Positions 6,304 through 13,874 of a stretch of DNA of 35,559 nucleotides are shown here, one piece after another (position 1 is the first letter of the stretch; each line of letters starts with the position of its first letter). A program made the position numbers and the translations under genes. The notes beneath the pieces were generated by a model, which saw nothing but the letters and a program-made list of their open reading frames with translations, had not been told where the DNA came from and searched no databases. The stretch comes from a virus. The stretch covers positions 1-35,559 of IMG/VR virus record IMGVR_UViG_3300014205_000160. One strand, written 5' to 3'.

Positions 6304-7083
6304 ATGCCAAACAACGGCCCGTGGAAGCGCCGCGAGGTCATAGGCAATGCGACGCTGTACTTGGGCGACTGCTTGGAGATATTGCCGACGCTGCCAAACG
6401 AAAGCGCCGACATGATTTGGACTGATCCGCCATACGGCCACAGCAACGCGGACGGCGATTTGCTATCGCGCAGAGCCGAGGCGGTGGGCGATGGGCTTGC
6501 ATCGAAAGCCGAAGCCATAGCGAACGACGACGCGGACGGAATGCGCCTAGTCGTTGACGGGATGCTCACCGAGGCCGCGAGGATTCTAAAGAAGGACTGC
6601 TGCTGCTGCTGCTGCTGCTGCTGCGGCGGCGGCGGGCCTCGGCCTACCTTTGCGTGGGTTGCGCAGCGCATGGATGAAGGCGGGTTTTCGTTCTTCCATT
6701 CCGTGATATGGGACAAGAAAAACCCCGGCATGGGTTGGCGGTATCGCAGGCAGCACGAAATGGTCATGGTCTCCCATCGCAGGGGTGGGAGGCTGGCGTG
6801 GGCTGACGAGAACATTAAGCAGCCGAACATCATCAGCCTATCAAAGCCGAGGGCAGGGGAACACCCAAACGAAAAGCCCGTAGACCTGCCGAAGCGGTTT
6901 ATAAGCCTGCACACGAAGCGCGGTCAAATGGTAATTGACCCGTTCATGGGGTCGGGGACGACCGGGATAGCGGCGCACGAATTGGGGCGAGAGTTCATCG
7001 GTATTGAACTGCATGAGCCGTACTTCGACATTGCCTGCCAGCGCATAGAGAACGCTCAAAGACAAGAGAGGTTATTCGCATGA
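6304..7083 (+). CDS. DNA N6-adenine/N4-cytosine methyltransferase 1 (DPPY class, beta-type motif order)
   Basis: WTDPPYG motif, HPNEKPV, and DPFMGSGTTGIAA (FxGxG). Start is at ATG 6304 or GTG 6280. It contains a C9G4 tract. Confidence 0.85.
   Translation: MPNNGPWKRREVIGNATLYLGDCLEILPTLPNESADMIWTDPPYGHSNADGDLLSRRAEAVGDGLASKAEAIANDDADGMRLVVDGMLTEAARILKKDCCCCCCCCCGGGGPRPTFAWVAQRMDEGGFSFFHSVIWDKKNPGMGWRYRRQHEMVMVSHRRGGRLAWADENIKQPNIISLSKPRAGEHPNEKPVDLPKRFISLHTKRGQMVIDPFMGSGTTGIAAHELGREFIGIELHEPYFDIACQRIENAQRQERLFA
6598..6636 (+). repeat. (TGC)9 followed by (GGC)3GGG trinucleotide microsatellite, coding for C9G4
   Basis: Read directly from the sequence. In frame within methyltransferase 1. Confidence 0.95.
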
Positions 7084-7259
7084 TTAACCGTCTCTCCGAC
7101 TGGTTCAGGGAGTTGCTGATTGCTTTCTATCGGCTCCAGCTTCAAGGCTGCGAGCGGGACGAAATCGGCTACTGGTGGGGAAAGATGAAGCACCACATTG
7201 ATAAGCGCAGCGACGCGCAGATTGAGCGGATGGAACGAGAGCGGGGGCTTGCTGAATGA
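7080..7259 (+). CDS. Hypothetical protein (59 aa)
   Basis: MINRLSDWFRELLIAFYRLQLQGCERDEIGYWWGKMKHH... ATGA overlaps at both ends. It is below the ORF-track cutoff. Confidence 0.5.
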   Translation: MINRLSDWFRELLIAFYRLQLQGCERDEIGYWWGKMKHHIDKRSDAQIERMERERGLAE

Positions 7260-8044
7260 GCGGCTGGATCAAGTTCGAAAAGGATTTGTTGACCGATCCT
7301 CGAGTGCTGCGGATTGCGAAGGCGCTTGAGCGTCGATGGATTACGTTCGATACCTCGGCTAAATACTACTCAGACCCCTCAGATTCAAGTAACGCAGCGG
7401 CGTTACCGGCTGTAACGCTGGTGTGTGGCGCGCTTGTACGCATATGGTCGCTGGCTGATACGCACATCGGCCCGGATAACGTTTTGCCGCTTGGAATTGA
7501 CGAGCTTGATGAGGTTGTCGGCATACCTGGATTCTGTGCTTCGCTGCCCGCAGATTGGCTAATTCCCGTTGACGAGCATTCGGTAGAACTCCCTGAATAT
7601 CATGCACATAACGGGACGGAGGCTAAGAAGCGGGCGGTAACGCAAAAGCGTGTCAGTAGGTTCCGTGCACAAGCGTTACAAGGCAGTAACGGTAGAGCGT
7701 TACCAGACCAAGACCAAGACCAAGACCAAGACCAAACACCTAGCACCCCAAAACCGAGGGTTGCGCAAAAGCACACAGCAACATCGGGGTTTGACCGCTT
7801 CTGGCAAGCCTATCCAAAAAAGGCGAGCAAAGGCCAAGCGGAGAAAGTTTGGCAAAAGCTATCCCCTGACGAGCAGCTTACCGAGCAGATTTTGCAAGCG
7901 GTTGAGCGGGCCAAGACTCGGGCCGATTGGCAAAAGCAGGAAGGGCAATTCATCCCCTACCCGGCGACTTGGCTAAACGCGAAAGGGTGGGAGGACTCTC
8001 CAAAGATCGAACTGCCAAAGCTGGCGTTGCAGGTGGCGGTATGA
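7256..8044 (+). CDS. Replication initiator (lambda O-like role)
   Basis: 262 aa. The C-terminal FDRFWQAYPKK...IPYPATWLNAKGWED motif is common in phage replication proteins. It contains an iteron-like cluster and a DQ linker, and it is followed by the helicase. Confidence 0.65.
   Translation: MSGWIKFEKDLLTDPRVLRIAKALERRWITFDTSAKYYSDPSDSSNAAALPAVTLVCGALVRIWSLADTHIGPDNVLPLGIDELDEVVGIPGFCASLPADWLIPVDEHSVELPEYHAHNGTEAKKRAVTQKRVSRFRAQALQGSNGRALPDQDQDQDQDQTPSTPKPRVAQKHTATSGFDRFWQAYPKKASKGQAEKVWQKLSPDEQLTEQILQAVERAKTRADWQKQEGQFIPYPATWLNAKGWEDSPKIELPKLALQVAV
7389..7703. repeat. Seven copies of GTAACGC/GCGTTAC (iteron-like, candidate ori)
   Basis: Copies at 7389-7395, 7400-7406 (inverted; together these two form GTAACGC-N4-GCGTTAC), 7412-7418, 7637-7643, 7673-7679, 7686-7692 (GTAACGG) and 7697-7703. 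Confidence 0.55.
7706..7735 (+). repeat. (GACCAA)5 hexanucleotide tandem repeat encoding a (DQ)5 linker
   Basis: Read directly from the sequence. In frame in the initiator gene, immediately after the last GCGTTAC copy. Confidence 0.95.
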
Positions 8045-8991
8045 ACGCCGAGAACGCAATCCGCGCAGCCGAACTCATGCAGGCCGTAGAGCTTGCAGCG
8101 TGCCCACCGCAGGCGTTTTCCGGGCTTCTGGCGAGACTTTGGACTGAGGGCATGCCTCCGGGTGACCGGACGGGCTGGCCGAGCGTGGACAAGCTTTACA
8201 GCGTGGTTCCGGGGCAGTTGACGATCCTCACCGGCTGGCCGGGTTCGGGAAAATCGGAATGGCTCGATGCGTGTCTTTTGAACCTTGCAAAGCAGGGTTG
8301 GAAGATTGCCCTGTTCTCTCCCGAGAACCAGCCAACTGAGTTGCATGTTGCAAAGTTCGTCGAGAAGTTTCTCGGCAAGCCGTTCGGTGCAGGGCCGAAT
8401 GCCAGGGCAAGCCTGGAGGAAGTGAACACCGCGCTTGAGACCATGCGGGACTGGTTTGCTTTCCTCTGCCCTGCCGCGACGAGCGCAAAGGTGACGTTTG
8501 GGGTTGAGGAAATTCTCGGAGCTGCGGAGGCGCATTTCCGTCTTTCGGGTGCGTGGAACGATCCCCATGCGAAGCGGGGTTTGGTGATCGACCCGTGGAA
8601 CGAGATTGAGCATCTGCGCCCGAACAATCTCAGCGAAACGGAATACATCTCCGCAATTCTCTCGCGCGTGCGTGCGTGGGCCAGAGCGATGCGGGTTCAC
8701 GTTTGGATCGTCGCCCATCCTCAAAAGCTGAGAAGGGACGACAACGGCAAGCTTCCGATTCCTCGCCCGGACTCCATTTCCGGTTCTCAGCATTGGTGGA
8801 ATAAGGCCGACAACGCGGTAACGGTGTGGCGTGCTTTGGACGACCCGAACAATCAAATCGTGCAAATCCACGTTCAGAAGATCCGGTTCAAGCACGTTGG
8901 CCGGGTGGGTGTTGCGGAACTTTCTTACGACCGAGTGACGGGCAGATATCACGAAGTGTTGCAGGCCGTTCGAAGTTATGACGCGGGCTGA
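8041..8991 (+). CDS. Replicative helicase (DnaB C-terminal / RecA-fold ATPase type)
   Basis: Start refined to ATG 8041 (ATGA overlap). Walker A GWPGSGKS and Walker B-like LVIDPWNE. Confidence 0.75.
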   Translation: MNAENAIRAAELMQAVELAACPPQAFSGLLARLWTEGMPPGDRTGWPSVDKLYSVVPGQLTILTGWPGSGKSEWLDACLLNLAKQGWKIALFSPENQPTELHVAKFVEKFLGKPFGAGPNARASLEEVNTALETMRDWFAFLCPAATSAKVTFGVEEILGAAEAHFRLSGAWNDPHAKRGLVIDPWNEIEHLRPNNLSETEYISAILSRVRAWARAMRVHVWIVAHPQKLRRDDNGKLPIPRPDSISGSQHWWNKADNAVTVWRALDDPNNQIVQIHVQKIRFKHVGRVGVAELSYDRVTGRYHEVLQAVRSYDAG

Positions 8992-9000
8992 AAGGACAAC

Positions 9001-9228
9001 ATGAAAACAGCTATTTACATCGAGGACGGTGATGTGCAGTTAGTCCTGACTCCAGAAAACGAGTGGGAGCAGAAAACGCTCAATTCTTTTGGCGAGGACG
9101 TAACCGCATCTATCAAACATGGCCAGTTCTACACCTGTCAGGGCGGCTGGCATCGGCACCCTTATGGGACTGCGGAAAACGAGCGAAGCTTGATTCTCAG
9201 GGCGCGGAACAAAGTTGACGCGGGCTGA
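9001..9228 (+). CDS. Hypothetical protein (75 aa)
   Basis: ORF-track ORF with weak SD AAGGA. Low-GC segment. Confidence 0.6.
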   Translation: MKTAIYIEDGDVQLVLTPENEWEQKTLNSFGEDVTASIKHGQFYTCQGGWHRHPYGTAENERSLILRARNKVDAG

Positions 9229-9388
9229 GCGAATCGACGAATGGGTGAGGTTCTACAAAGCCTCTCAGCCGAGTTACAGGGCGTTTGCTTTGGTGGCGGT
9301 GGAGAAGAACACGCCCGAGTTACTGAGCGACGTGATTAAGAAACTCGGTTTGACGGTGGAAGGATTGATAAAGGAGATGGGCAAATGA
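9215..9388 (+). CDS. Possible small protein (about 57 aa, start uncertain)
   Basis: Open frame ...RAERIDEWVRFYKASQPSYRAFALVAVEKNTPELLSDVIKKLGLTVEGLIKEMGK, ending in an ATGA overlap with the next gene. A TTG at 9215 or a downstream GTG could be the start. Confidence 0.35.
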   Translation: MTRAERIDEWVRFYKASQPSYRAFALVAVEKNTPELLSDVIKKLGLTVEGLIKEMGK

Positions 9389-9708
9389 CCGACCTTGAAA
9401 TCACGAAACTGTGCGCGGAAGCGATGGGCTTGGACAAATTTCAATGGCAGACAGGCGGGATTGTTACTGCAAGCCATTTGCCTATCCTGACGCTGGATGG
9501 GCGGATTGATTACGACCCGCTTAACGACGACGCGCAGGCTATGGCGTTGGTGAAGCAGTTCAAGCTGCATATCTCATATGCAAACGACAGTTGGCAAGTT
9601 TGCTTCCCGTTTTCTGCTAAATCTGAATTTATTGGGCATCATTCCTTGTCTGCCGACCTCAATTGCGCCATCTGCGGGTGCGTAGCCAAAATGCAGGCGG
9701 CGAAATGA
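9385..9708 (+). CDS. Hypothetical nin-region protein (DUF2591/NinX-like pattern)
   Basis: 107 aa. YDPLNDDAQAMALVKQF is the motif I associate with that family. Confidence 0.55.
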   Translation: MTDLEITKLCAEAMGLDKFQWQTGGIVTASHLPILTLDGRIDYDPLNDDAQAMALVKQFKLHISYANDSWQVCFPFSAKSEFIGHHSLSADLNCAICGCVAKMQAAK

Positions 9709-9947
9709 ACCAGCTCGCAATCGAATTCCAAAAGCCCTGCGTAGTCCCTCCGGCTGAATCTCAATGCGGCCAGATTCTGCGGGCATTGGAGCGTGGCGAA
9801 AAACTCACGGTCGCAAAGGCCATGACCGATTACGGGGTCTATGCCCTGAGTCAGAGATGCGGCGAACTAAAGCGCATGGGCTGGCCTGTCCAGAGTCGAA
9901 TGATCGAAGTCCCGAGCGGCAAGAGGGTTGCGGAGTATTGGCTTTGA
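9705..9947 (+). CDS. Small winged-helix-like DNA-binding protein (80 aa)
   Basis: Start refined to ATG 9705 (ATGA overlap). ILRALERGEKLTVAKAM...RCGELKRMGWPV pattern. Confidence 0.5.
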   Translation: MNQLAIEFQKPCVVPPAESQCGQILRALERGEKLTVAKAMTDYGVYALSQRCGELKRMGWPVQSRMIEVPSGKRVAEYWL

Positions 9948-10612
9948 CCTACAAGCGCAAAGAGGTAATAGGCAATGCGACGCTGTACTTGGGCGATTGC
10001 TTGGAGATATTGCCGACGCTGCCGAAGGTTGACGCGGTGATTACTGACCCGCCCTATGGCGTGGATTTCATCGGGAAAGCAACTAAGCACACCAAGGCCA
10101 CACACACGGAACCAGGCGGATACATTGGCGGCGATTCTGAAGTCGGCCCTATTGCAGTTCGCGCCGCACTCGATAAGTGCGAAAGAGCCGTTGTGTTCCC
10201 CGGAAACCGCCTTCTGTTCGACTATCCGAAGCCTTACGAGTTCGGATGCGTGTATTGCCCGTCTGGTGCAGGTCTAGGCCGATGGGGGTTCACCGTTGTC
10301 CATCCGATGCTTTTCTACGGCAAAGGATTGCCACACACCCGCCAAGGGCCCAGCGGCTTTGAGTCTTTCGAGCTTGCTGGCGAGAACCGGCACCCATGCC
10401 CTAAACCTGTTGGCTGGATGAAGTGGGCAATCGCCAAATGCACTCTGCCAGAGCAGACAGTCTTAGACATTTTCATGGGAAGCGGAAGCACTGGCGTTGC
10501 TGCCATGAACACCAATCGCCAGTTCATCGGCATAGAGATAGAGCCGAAGTATTTCGAGATAGCGTGCGAAAGAATCACAAACGCACAAAGACAAGAGAGG
10601 TTATTCGCATGA
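9944..10612 (+). CDS. DNA N6-adenine/N4-cytosine methyltransferase 2 (DPPY class)
   Basis: Start inferred at TTG 9944 (TTGA overlap with the upstream stop). ITDPPYG, HPCPKPV and DIFMGSGSTGVAA motifs. Its 5' and 3' ends are near-identical to methyltransferase 1. Confidence 0.8.
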   Translation: MTYKRKEVIGNATLYLGDCLEILPTLPKVDAVITDPPYGVDFIGKATKHTKATHTEPGGYIGGDSEVGPIAVRAALDKCERAVVFPGNRLLFDYPKPYEFGCVYCPSGAGLGRWGFTVVHPMLFYGKGLPHTRQGPSGFESFELAGENRHPCPKPVGWMKWAIAKCTLPEQTVLDIFMGSGSTGVAAMNTNRQFIGIEIEPKYFEIACERITNAQRQERLFA

Positions 10613-10929
10613 AAGATTTCGGCCCTACAGGAAATGAATGCATCGCTGGGCATTGCTATTCGCCAAACTTGTGCGAACAAATGGGATGCGCAGCGTCGCA
10701 CGACGCTACCAAAGCCGATGCATTCAAACTACTCGCTGAAAATGCGCGGCTCAAAGGTGAATCTGAGGAAAACTACAAACAAGGCATCCGGCGCGGTCTG
10801 AAGATAGCGCGGAATTATCTCTTTCGCACAGGGCATCACGTTGCTGCGGCCAACCTTGGCGACTACAAAAACGACGATGCGCGAGTAATGGCGGATTCGG
10901 CCTCAATAGACGGAGAGCAGAATGTCTGA
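10609..10929 (+). CDS. Hypothetical protein (106 aa)
   Basis: Start refined to ATG 10609 (ATGA overlap). It contains TKADAFKLLAENARLK. Confidence 0.55.
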   Translation: MKDFGPTGNECIAGHCYSPNLCEQMGCAASHDATKADAFKLLAENARLKGESEENYKQGIRRGLKIARNYLFRTGHHVAAANLGDYKNDDARVMADSASIDGEQNV

Positions 10930-11086
10930 CATTGAGGAAACCAAAGCGCAAGTTGTCAAGTTACTGGCAGAAAACAAGCGGCTACGGAAAGCCTTGCAAC
11001 GAATCGTTGACCTTGACGACGGAGACGAACCTGCATTTTGGAAATTCCACGACGCATTCCATGACGCGATAGAGGCGCTCAAATGA
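10922..11086 (+). CDS. Hypothetical protein (54 aa)
   Basis: MSDIEETKAQVVKLLAENKRLRKALQRIVDLDDGDEPAFWKFHDAFHDAIEALK. It shares the TKAxxxKLLAENxRL motif with the preceding gene. It is below the ORF-track cutoff. Confidence 0.5.
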   Translation: MSDIEETKAQVVKLLAENKRLRKALQRIVDLDDGDEPAFWKFHDAFHDAIEALK

Positions 11087-11154
11087 CGCGCCCATACGAC
11101 ATTGCCTGTGAGCGCATAGAGAACGCTCAAAGACAGGAGAGGTTATTCGCATGA
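11083..11154 (+). pseudogene. Orphan 3' remnant of a DPPY-class methyltransferase gene
   Basis: It reads MTRPYDIACERIENAQRQERLFA*. Nt 11098-11154 match 7027-7083 at 54/57 positions. It ends in the same GAGAGGTTATTCGCATGA junction that feeds the next gene. Confidence 0.75.
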
Positions 11155-11513
11155 ATCCAACCGTCAAGCATTCCTTGACAGTTTGCCCCGTCTGCGAAGA
11201 ACGGCGCAGCGCCGCAGCTAATGCCGCCCAATGGCCGATTTTGCACAGTTGGGCTGAGCAAAAACAGTGGCCGGTAAACGGAACCATGACCTATCTGACC
11301 GCTGAAGAATGGAAGGACATCCTGAGTGCCGCATTTGAGAACGACACCGCGCCCCGTATAGCGCCCGGTTTAAACGGCGGCATGGTCATGCTAGGCCGCA
11401 GGACTTCGCGGTACGGGAAAAGGAAATTCAGCGAATGGCTCGACTGGCTGAACGCTGAGACTCACCACGCAGGAATACGGGTGCCTGCGCCTAAGCAATT
11501 GGAGGCGGCTTGA
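11151..11513 (+). CDS. ninB: NinB/Orf-like recombination mediator
   Basis: 120 aa. The pattern LTAEEWKDILSAAF...PGLNGGMVMLGRRTSRYGKRKFSEWLDWL parallels lambda NinB (LDAESWK...LAGNGFVVIGQSTSRMRVGEFAELL). Confidence 0.65.
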   Translation: MNPTVKHSLTVCPVCEERRSAAANAAQWPILHSWAEQKQWPVNGTMTYLTAEEWKDILSAAFENDTAPRIAPGLNGGMVMLGRRTSRYGKRKFSEWLDWLNAETHHAGIRVPAPKQLEAA

Positions 11514-12079
11514 AAGTTCTCATAGCTTGAGAGTTCAGCGGGACGGTGCGCGATGCATTCATCCGGCGCGGGTATGACGCGATGAGTTGCGACCTGCTGC
11601 CGACTGAAAAGCCGGGGCCGCATTACCAGGGCGACGTTCTCGACATTCTCGGTGATGGGTGGGATTTGCTGATAGCGCACCCGCCCTGTACCCATTTGGC
11701 GGTATCTGGCGCGCGCTGGTTCAAGGAAAAAGCAGAGGAACAGGCTGGCGCTCTGGAATTTGTGAGTCGGCTTCTCAACGCACCTATCCCGCGCATAGCC
11801 CTTGAGAACCCGATCAGCATCATTTCCAGCCGGATCAGAAAACCCGATCAGATTATCCAGCCGTGGCAGTTCGGGCACGGGGAGACTAAGGCCACCTGTT
11901 TGTGGCTGAAAGGGCTACCCAAGCTTGTGCCGACAAACATTGTCGAGGGGAGGGAAGCGCGTATTCACAGAATGCCGCCTGGACCCGACCGCTGGAAAGA
12001 ACGGTCAAAAACGTTTCAAGGTATTGCCGAGGCAATGGCTAATCAATGGTGTTCGATAGAGAAAGCAGAGGCCGCATAG
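11510..12079 (+). pseudogene. Small C5-cytosine-methyltransferase-like gene interrupted by an in-frame TGA at codon 7. The longest intact ORF is 11546..12079 (GTG start).
   Basis: The frame reads TTG-KVLIA-TGA-EFSGTVRDAF... The PPC motif (AHPPCTHLAVSG) and ENP motif (ALENP) are present. The TTG start overlaps the ninB stop (TTGA). Confidence 0.65.
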
Positions 12080-12469
12080 ATGGCGAAAGCCTCCCTCAGC
12101 ACCCTAAAGAACAAGCTAGACAAGCTCTGGTCTGAGTACGTGAGAAGGAAAGACGCAATAGACGGAATAGCAACCTGCGTGACCTGTGGAAATCAGAAGC
12201 ATTGGAAGGAAATGCAATGCGGGCACTTCGTATCTAGAACCCATTTGGCAACGCGCTGGCTTGTAAATAACACGGCTGTTCAGTGTGCCCGGTGCAATAT
12301 TTTTCTCAGAGGAAACATGGTCGAGTACGCCGTATGGATGGAAGCCAATTGGGGCTGGCAGGCGATCCGAGACTTGAGGGAGTTGAAGCATCGGACGGTG
12401 AAGTACAGCAGGACGGATTACGAGCAAATGATTAAGGACGTTCAACAGAAGCTATCTGAACTTGACTAG
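12080..12469 (+). CDS. ninG: NinG/Rap-like recombination endonuclease
   Basis: 129 aa. Spacing pattern CVTCG...CGHF...VQCARCN...GN..Y. Confidence 0.65.
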   Translation: MAKASLSTLKNKLDKLWSEYVRRKDAIDGIATCVTCGNQKHWKEMQCGHFVSRTHLATRWLVNNTAVQCARCNIFLRGNMVEYAVWMEANWGWQAIRDLRELKHRTVKYSRTDYEQMIKDVQQKLSELD

Positions 12470-12478
12470 GAGAAATAC

Positions 12479-12655
12479 ATGGCCCGAGGCCCGTTTGTGA
12501 AAGAGGAAGAAATCCAGCAGTGGAAAGAGCAGATTGCCGCAGGCGTTGGCATTTACAAAATAGTCAAAGAAACCGGCAGGTCTTACAAAACGATCAGGCG
12601 GTATCTGGATCAGCCCGCTGCCAATGATGCGCCGAAGGCACCGGAGGCGGCGTGA
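12479..12655 (+). CDS. Small HTH protein (58 aa)
   Basis: SD AGGAG lies 7 nt upstream. MARGPFVKEEEIQQWKEQIAAGVGIYKIVKETGRSYKTIRRYL. It is below the ORF-track cutoff. Confidence 0.55.
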   Translation: MARGPFVKEEEIQQWKEQIAAGVGIYKIVKETGRSYKTIRRYLDQPAANDAPKAPEAA

Positions 12656-12906
12656 AGTTCTGCAAAGACTGCAAGCACTACCGGCCGGAAATGGTTTTTA
12701 GTTCCTCTGCTGTTTGGGCTTACAAAGGGGTCGTTGAAATGAAGTATTCCCCAAGTGCCGACAGCAGTTTGCATAAGTGCGCGCGCCGTGTTAGCCCAAT
12801 TGACGGGGAGCCAGACATTACTTGCAGGGCAATGCGTGGCGGCCCTTCCGCGATTGAAACGGTTGGCCAGTGCGGCCCTGACGGGGCGCTTTGGGAACCA
12901 GCATGA
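12652..12906 (+). CDS. Hypothetical Cys-rich protein (84 aa)
   Basis: GTG start overlapping the upstream stop (GTGA). MKFCKDCKHY... pattern. Confidence 0.55.
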   Translation: MKFCKDCKHYRPEMVFSSSAVWAYKGVVEMKYSPSADSSLHKCARRVSPIDGEPDITCRAMRGGPSAIETVGQCGPDGALWEPA

Positions 12907-13079
12907 CCCAAGAGAATCTTGTCTATTGGATGGGCAAAGACATTCGTCAAATGTCCCGCGACGAATTAGAGGAAGCCTTACGGGTAGCGGCCTCAATAAA
13001 CCGCAACCTGATGGAAGAAAACACAAAAAGAGCGCGTCTGTACGGGGAAATGATGCGGTTAGGAAGTATGCCCGCATGA
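12903..13079 (+). CDS. Hypothetical protein (58 aa)
   Basis: Start refined to ATG 12903 (ATGA overlap). MTQENLVYWMGKDIRQMSRDELEEAL... Confidence 0.5.
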   Translation: MTQENLVYWMGKDIRQMSRDELEEALRVAASINRNLMEENTKRARLYGEMMRLGSMPA

Positions 13080-13243
13080 GACTCGACTACGCCAAACACA
13101 CTACAGCCATAGCTAGAGCAACCTCAAAGCTGGCCGAACTCTGCGCACAGGGGAAACACGACGAGGTTATTGAAGCGGCGGCGCTTATTCAAAAGCACGC
13201 GGTCGATTTGGAAATTTGGGCGATGGAGCAATCCGACAAATGA
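13076..13243 (+). CDS. Hypothetical protein (55 aa)
   Basis: ATG 13076 (ATGA overlap). It is the tail of track ORF 12755..13243. Confidence 0.45.
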   Translation: MRLDYAKHTTAIARATSKLAELCAQGKHDEVIEAAALIQKHAVDLEIWAMEQSDK

Positions 13244-13476
13244 GCGCACAGCCTACCCGTCACGACTTTGTATCAATGATCGAGGATTTGCGACGAGCGG
13301 GCATCTCTCATTACAAGCTCGGCGTCATGCTCGAGCGTCAGACCGTCCAAGTCCAACGATGGGCAGCAGGCTCTCAGCCAAAGCACTTCGAAGGCGAGTG
13401 CATCATTGCCATTCACGCGACCATTTGCATGCGTTCAACCGCCGCCAGTTCTGCGGGCACTTCTTTAAAGTGCTAG
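13240..13476 (+). CDS. Small HTH protein, last rightward early gene (candidate late regulator)
   Basis: Start refined to ATG 13240 (ATGA overlap). HTH-like ISHYKLGVMLERQTVQVQRWAAG. Confidence 0.5.
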   Translation: MSAQPTRHDFVSMIEDLRRAGISHYKLGVMLERQTVQVQRWAAGSQPKHFEGECIIAIHATICMRSTAASSAGTSLKC

Positions 13477-13502
13477 CTCTAACCGGCTGGCCTTTTTTCT
13501 GG

Positions 13503-13874
13503 CTATTTGGCGCGATTTATGGCGGCGCGTATGCCCGCCGACAAATTTCCGTCCGCGAGCGATTTTGCGGTTTCTATTGAAGCCTCGTCGAGCGTGACGA
13601 GGACGCGGCGCATTGGTGCCTCGCCATGCGTGCGAGGGCCGAGGCCGCCGACCATTCGGACAGTGCAGCGGCGGTTGCGCCTGTCGTCCATGAGTACTGA
13701 GCAGATGTCGTACCCGCGCTTTTCTGCGCCACCATCGTAGGACGCTTCAAAGCGGGCGCTACGGGCGCGAAGCCCTGCGGCGGCTTGTGCCGCGTCGGTG
13801 GATGAAAAGGCGTCCACATAGACGCCTTGCTTGCGGTCGTCAAAAGCGACCAAAAACCGGCGGTGATGGCTCAT
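13503..13874 (-). CDS. 123-aa protein with a C-terminal ribbon-helix-helix (CopG/Arc-like) domain
   Basis: The C-terminus RRVLVTLDEASIETAKSLADGNLSAGIRAAINRA fits a beta-strand/helix/helix RHH pattern. ATGA coupled to the upstream 75-aa gene. Confidence 0.65.
   Translation of the reverse strand: MSHHRRFLVAFDDRKQGVYVDAFSSTDAAQAAAGLRARSARFEASYDGGAEKRGYDICSVLMDDRRNRRCTVRMVGGLGPRTHGEAPMRRVLVTLDEASIETAKSLADGNLSAGIRAAINRAK

Noticed and set aside
6598-6624. (TGC)9 as a classical on/off phase-variation switch.
   Set aside because: The repeat unit is three nucleotides, so slippage keeps the reading frame. It can only vary protein length, not toggle translation.
13457-13502. The hairpin GCACTT-cttta-AAGTGC and the following GGCCTTTTTT as a bidirectional terminator between the convergent genes 13240..13476 and 13503..13874.
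   Set aside because: The stem is short. The T-run is not adjacent to it, and no clean stem precedes the T-run. The evidence is too weak to annotate.
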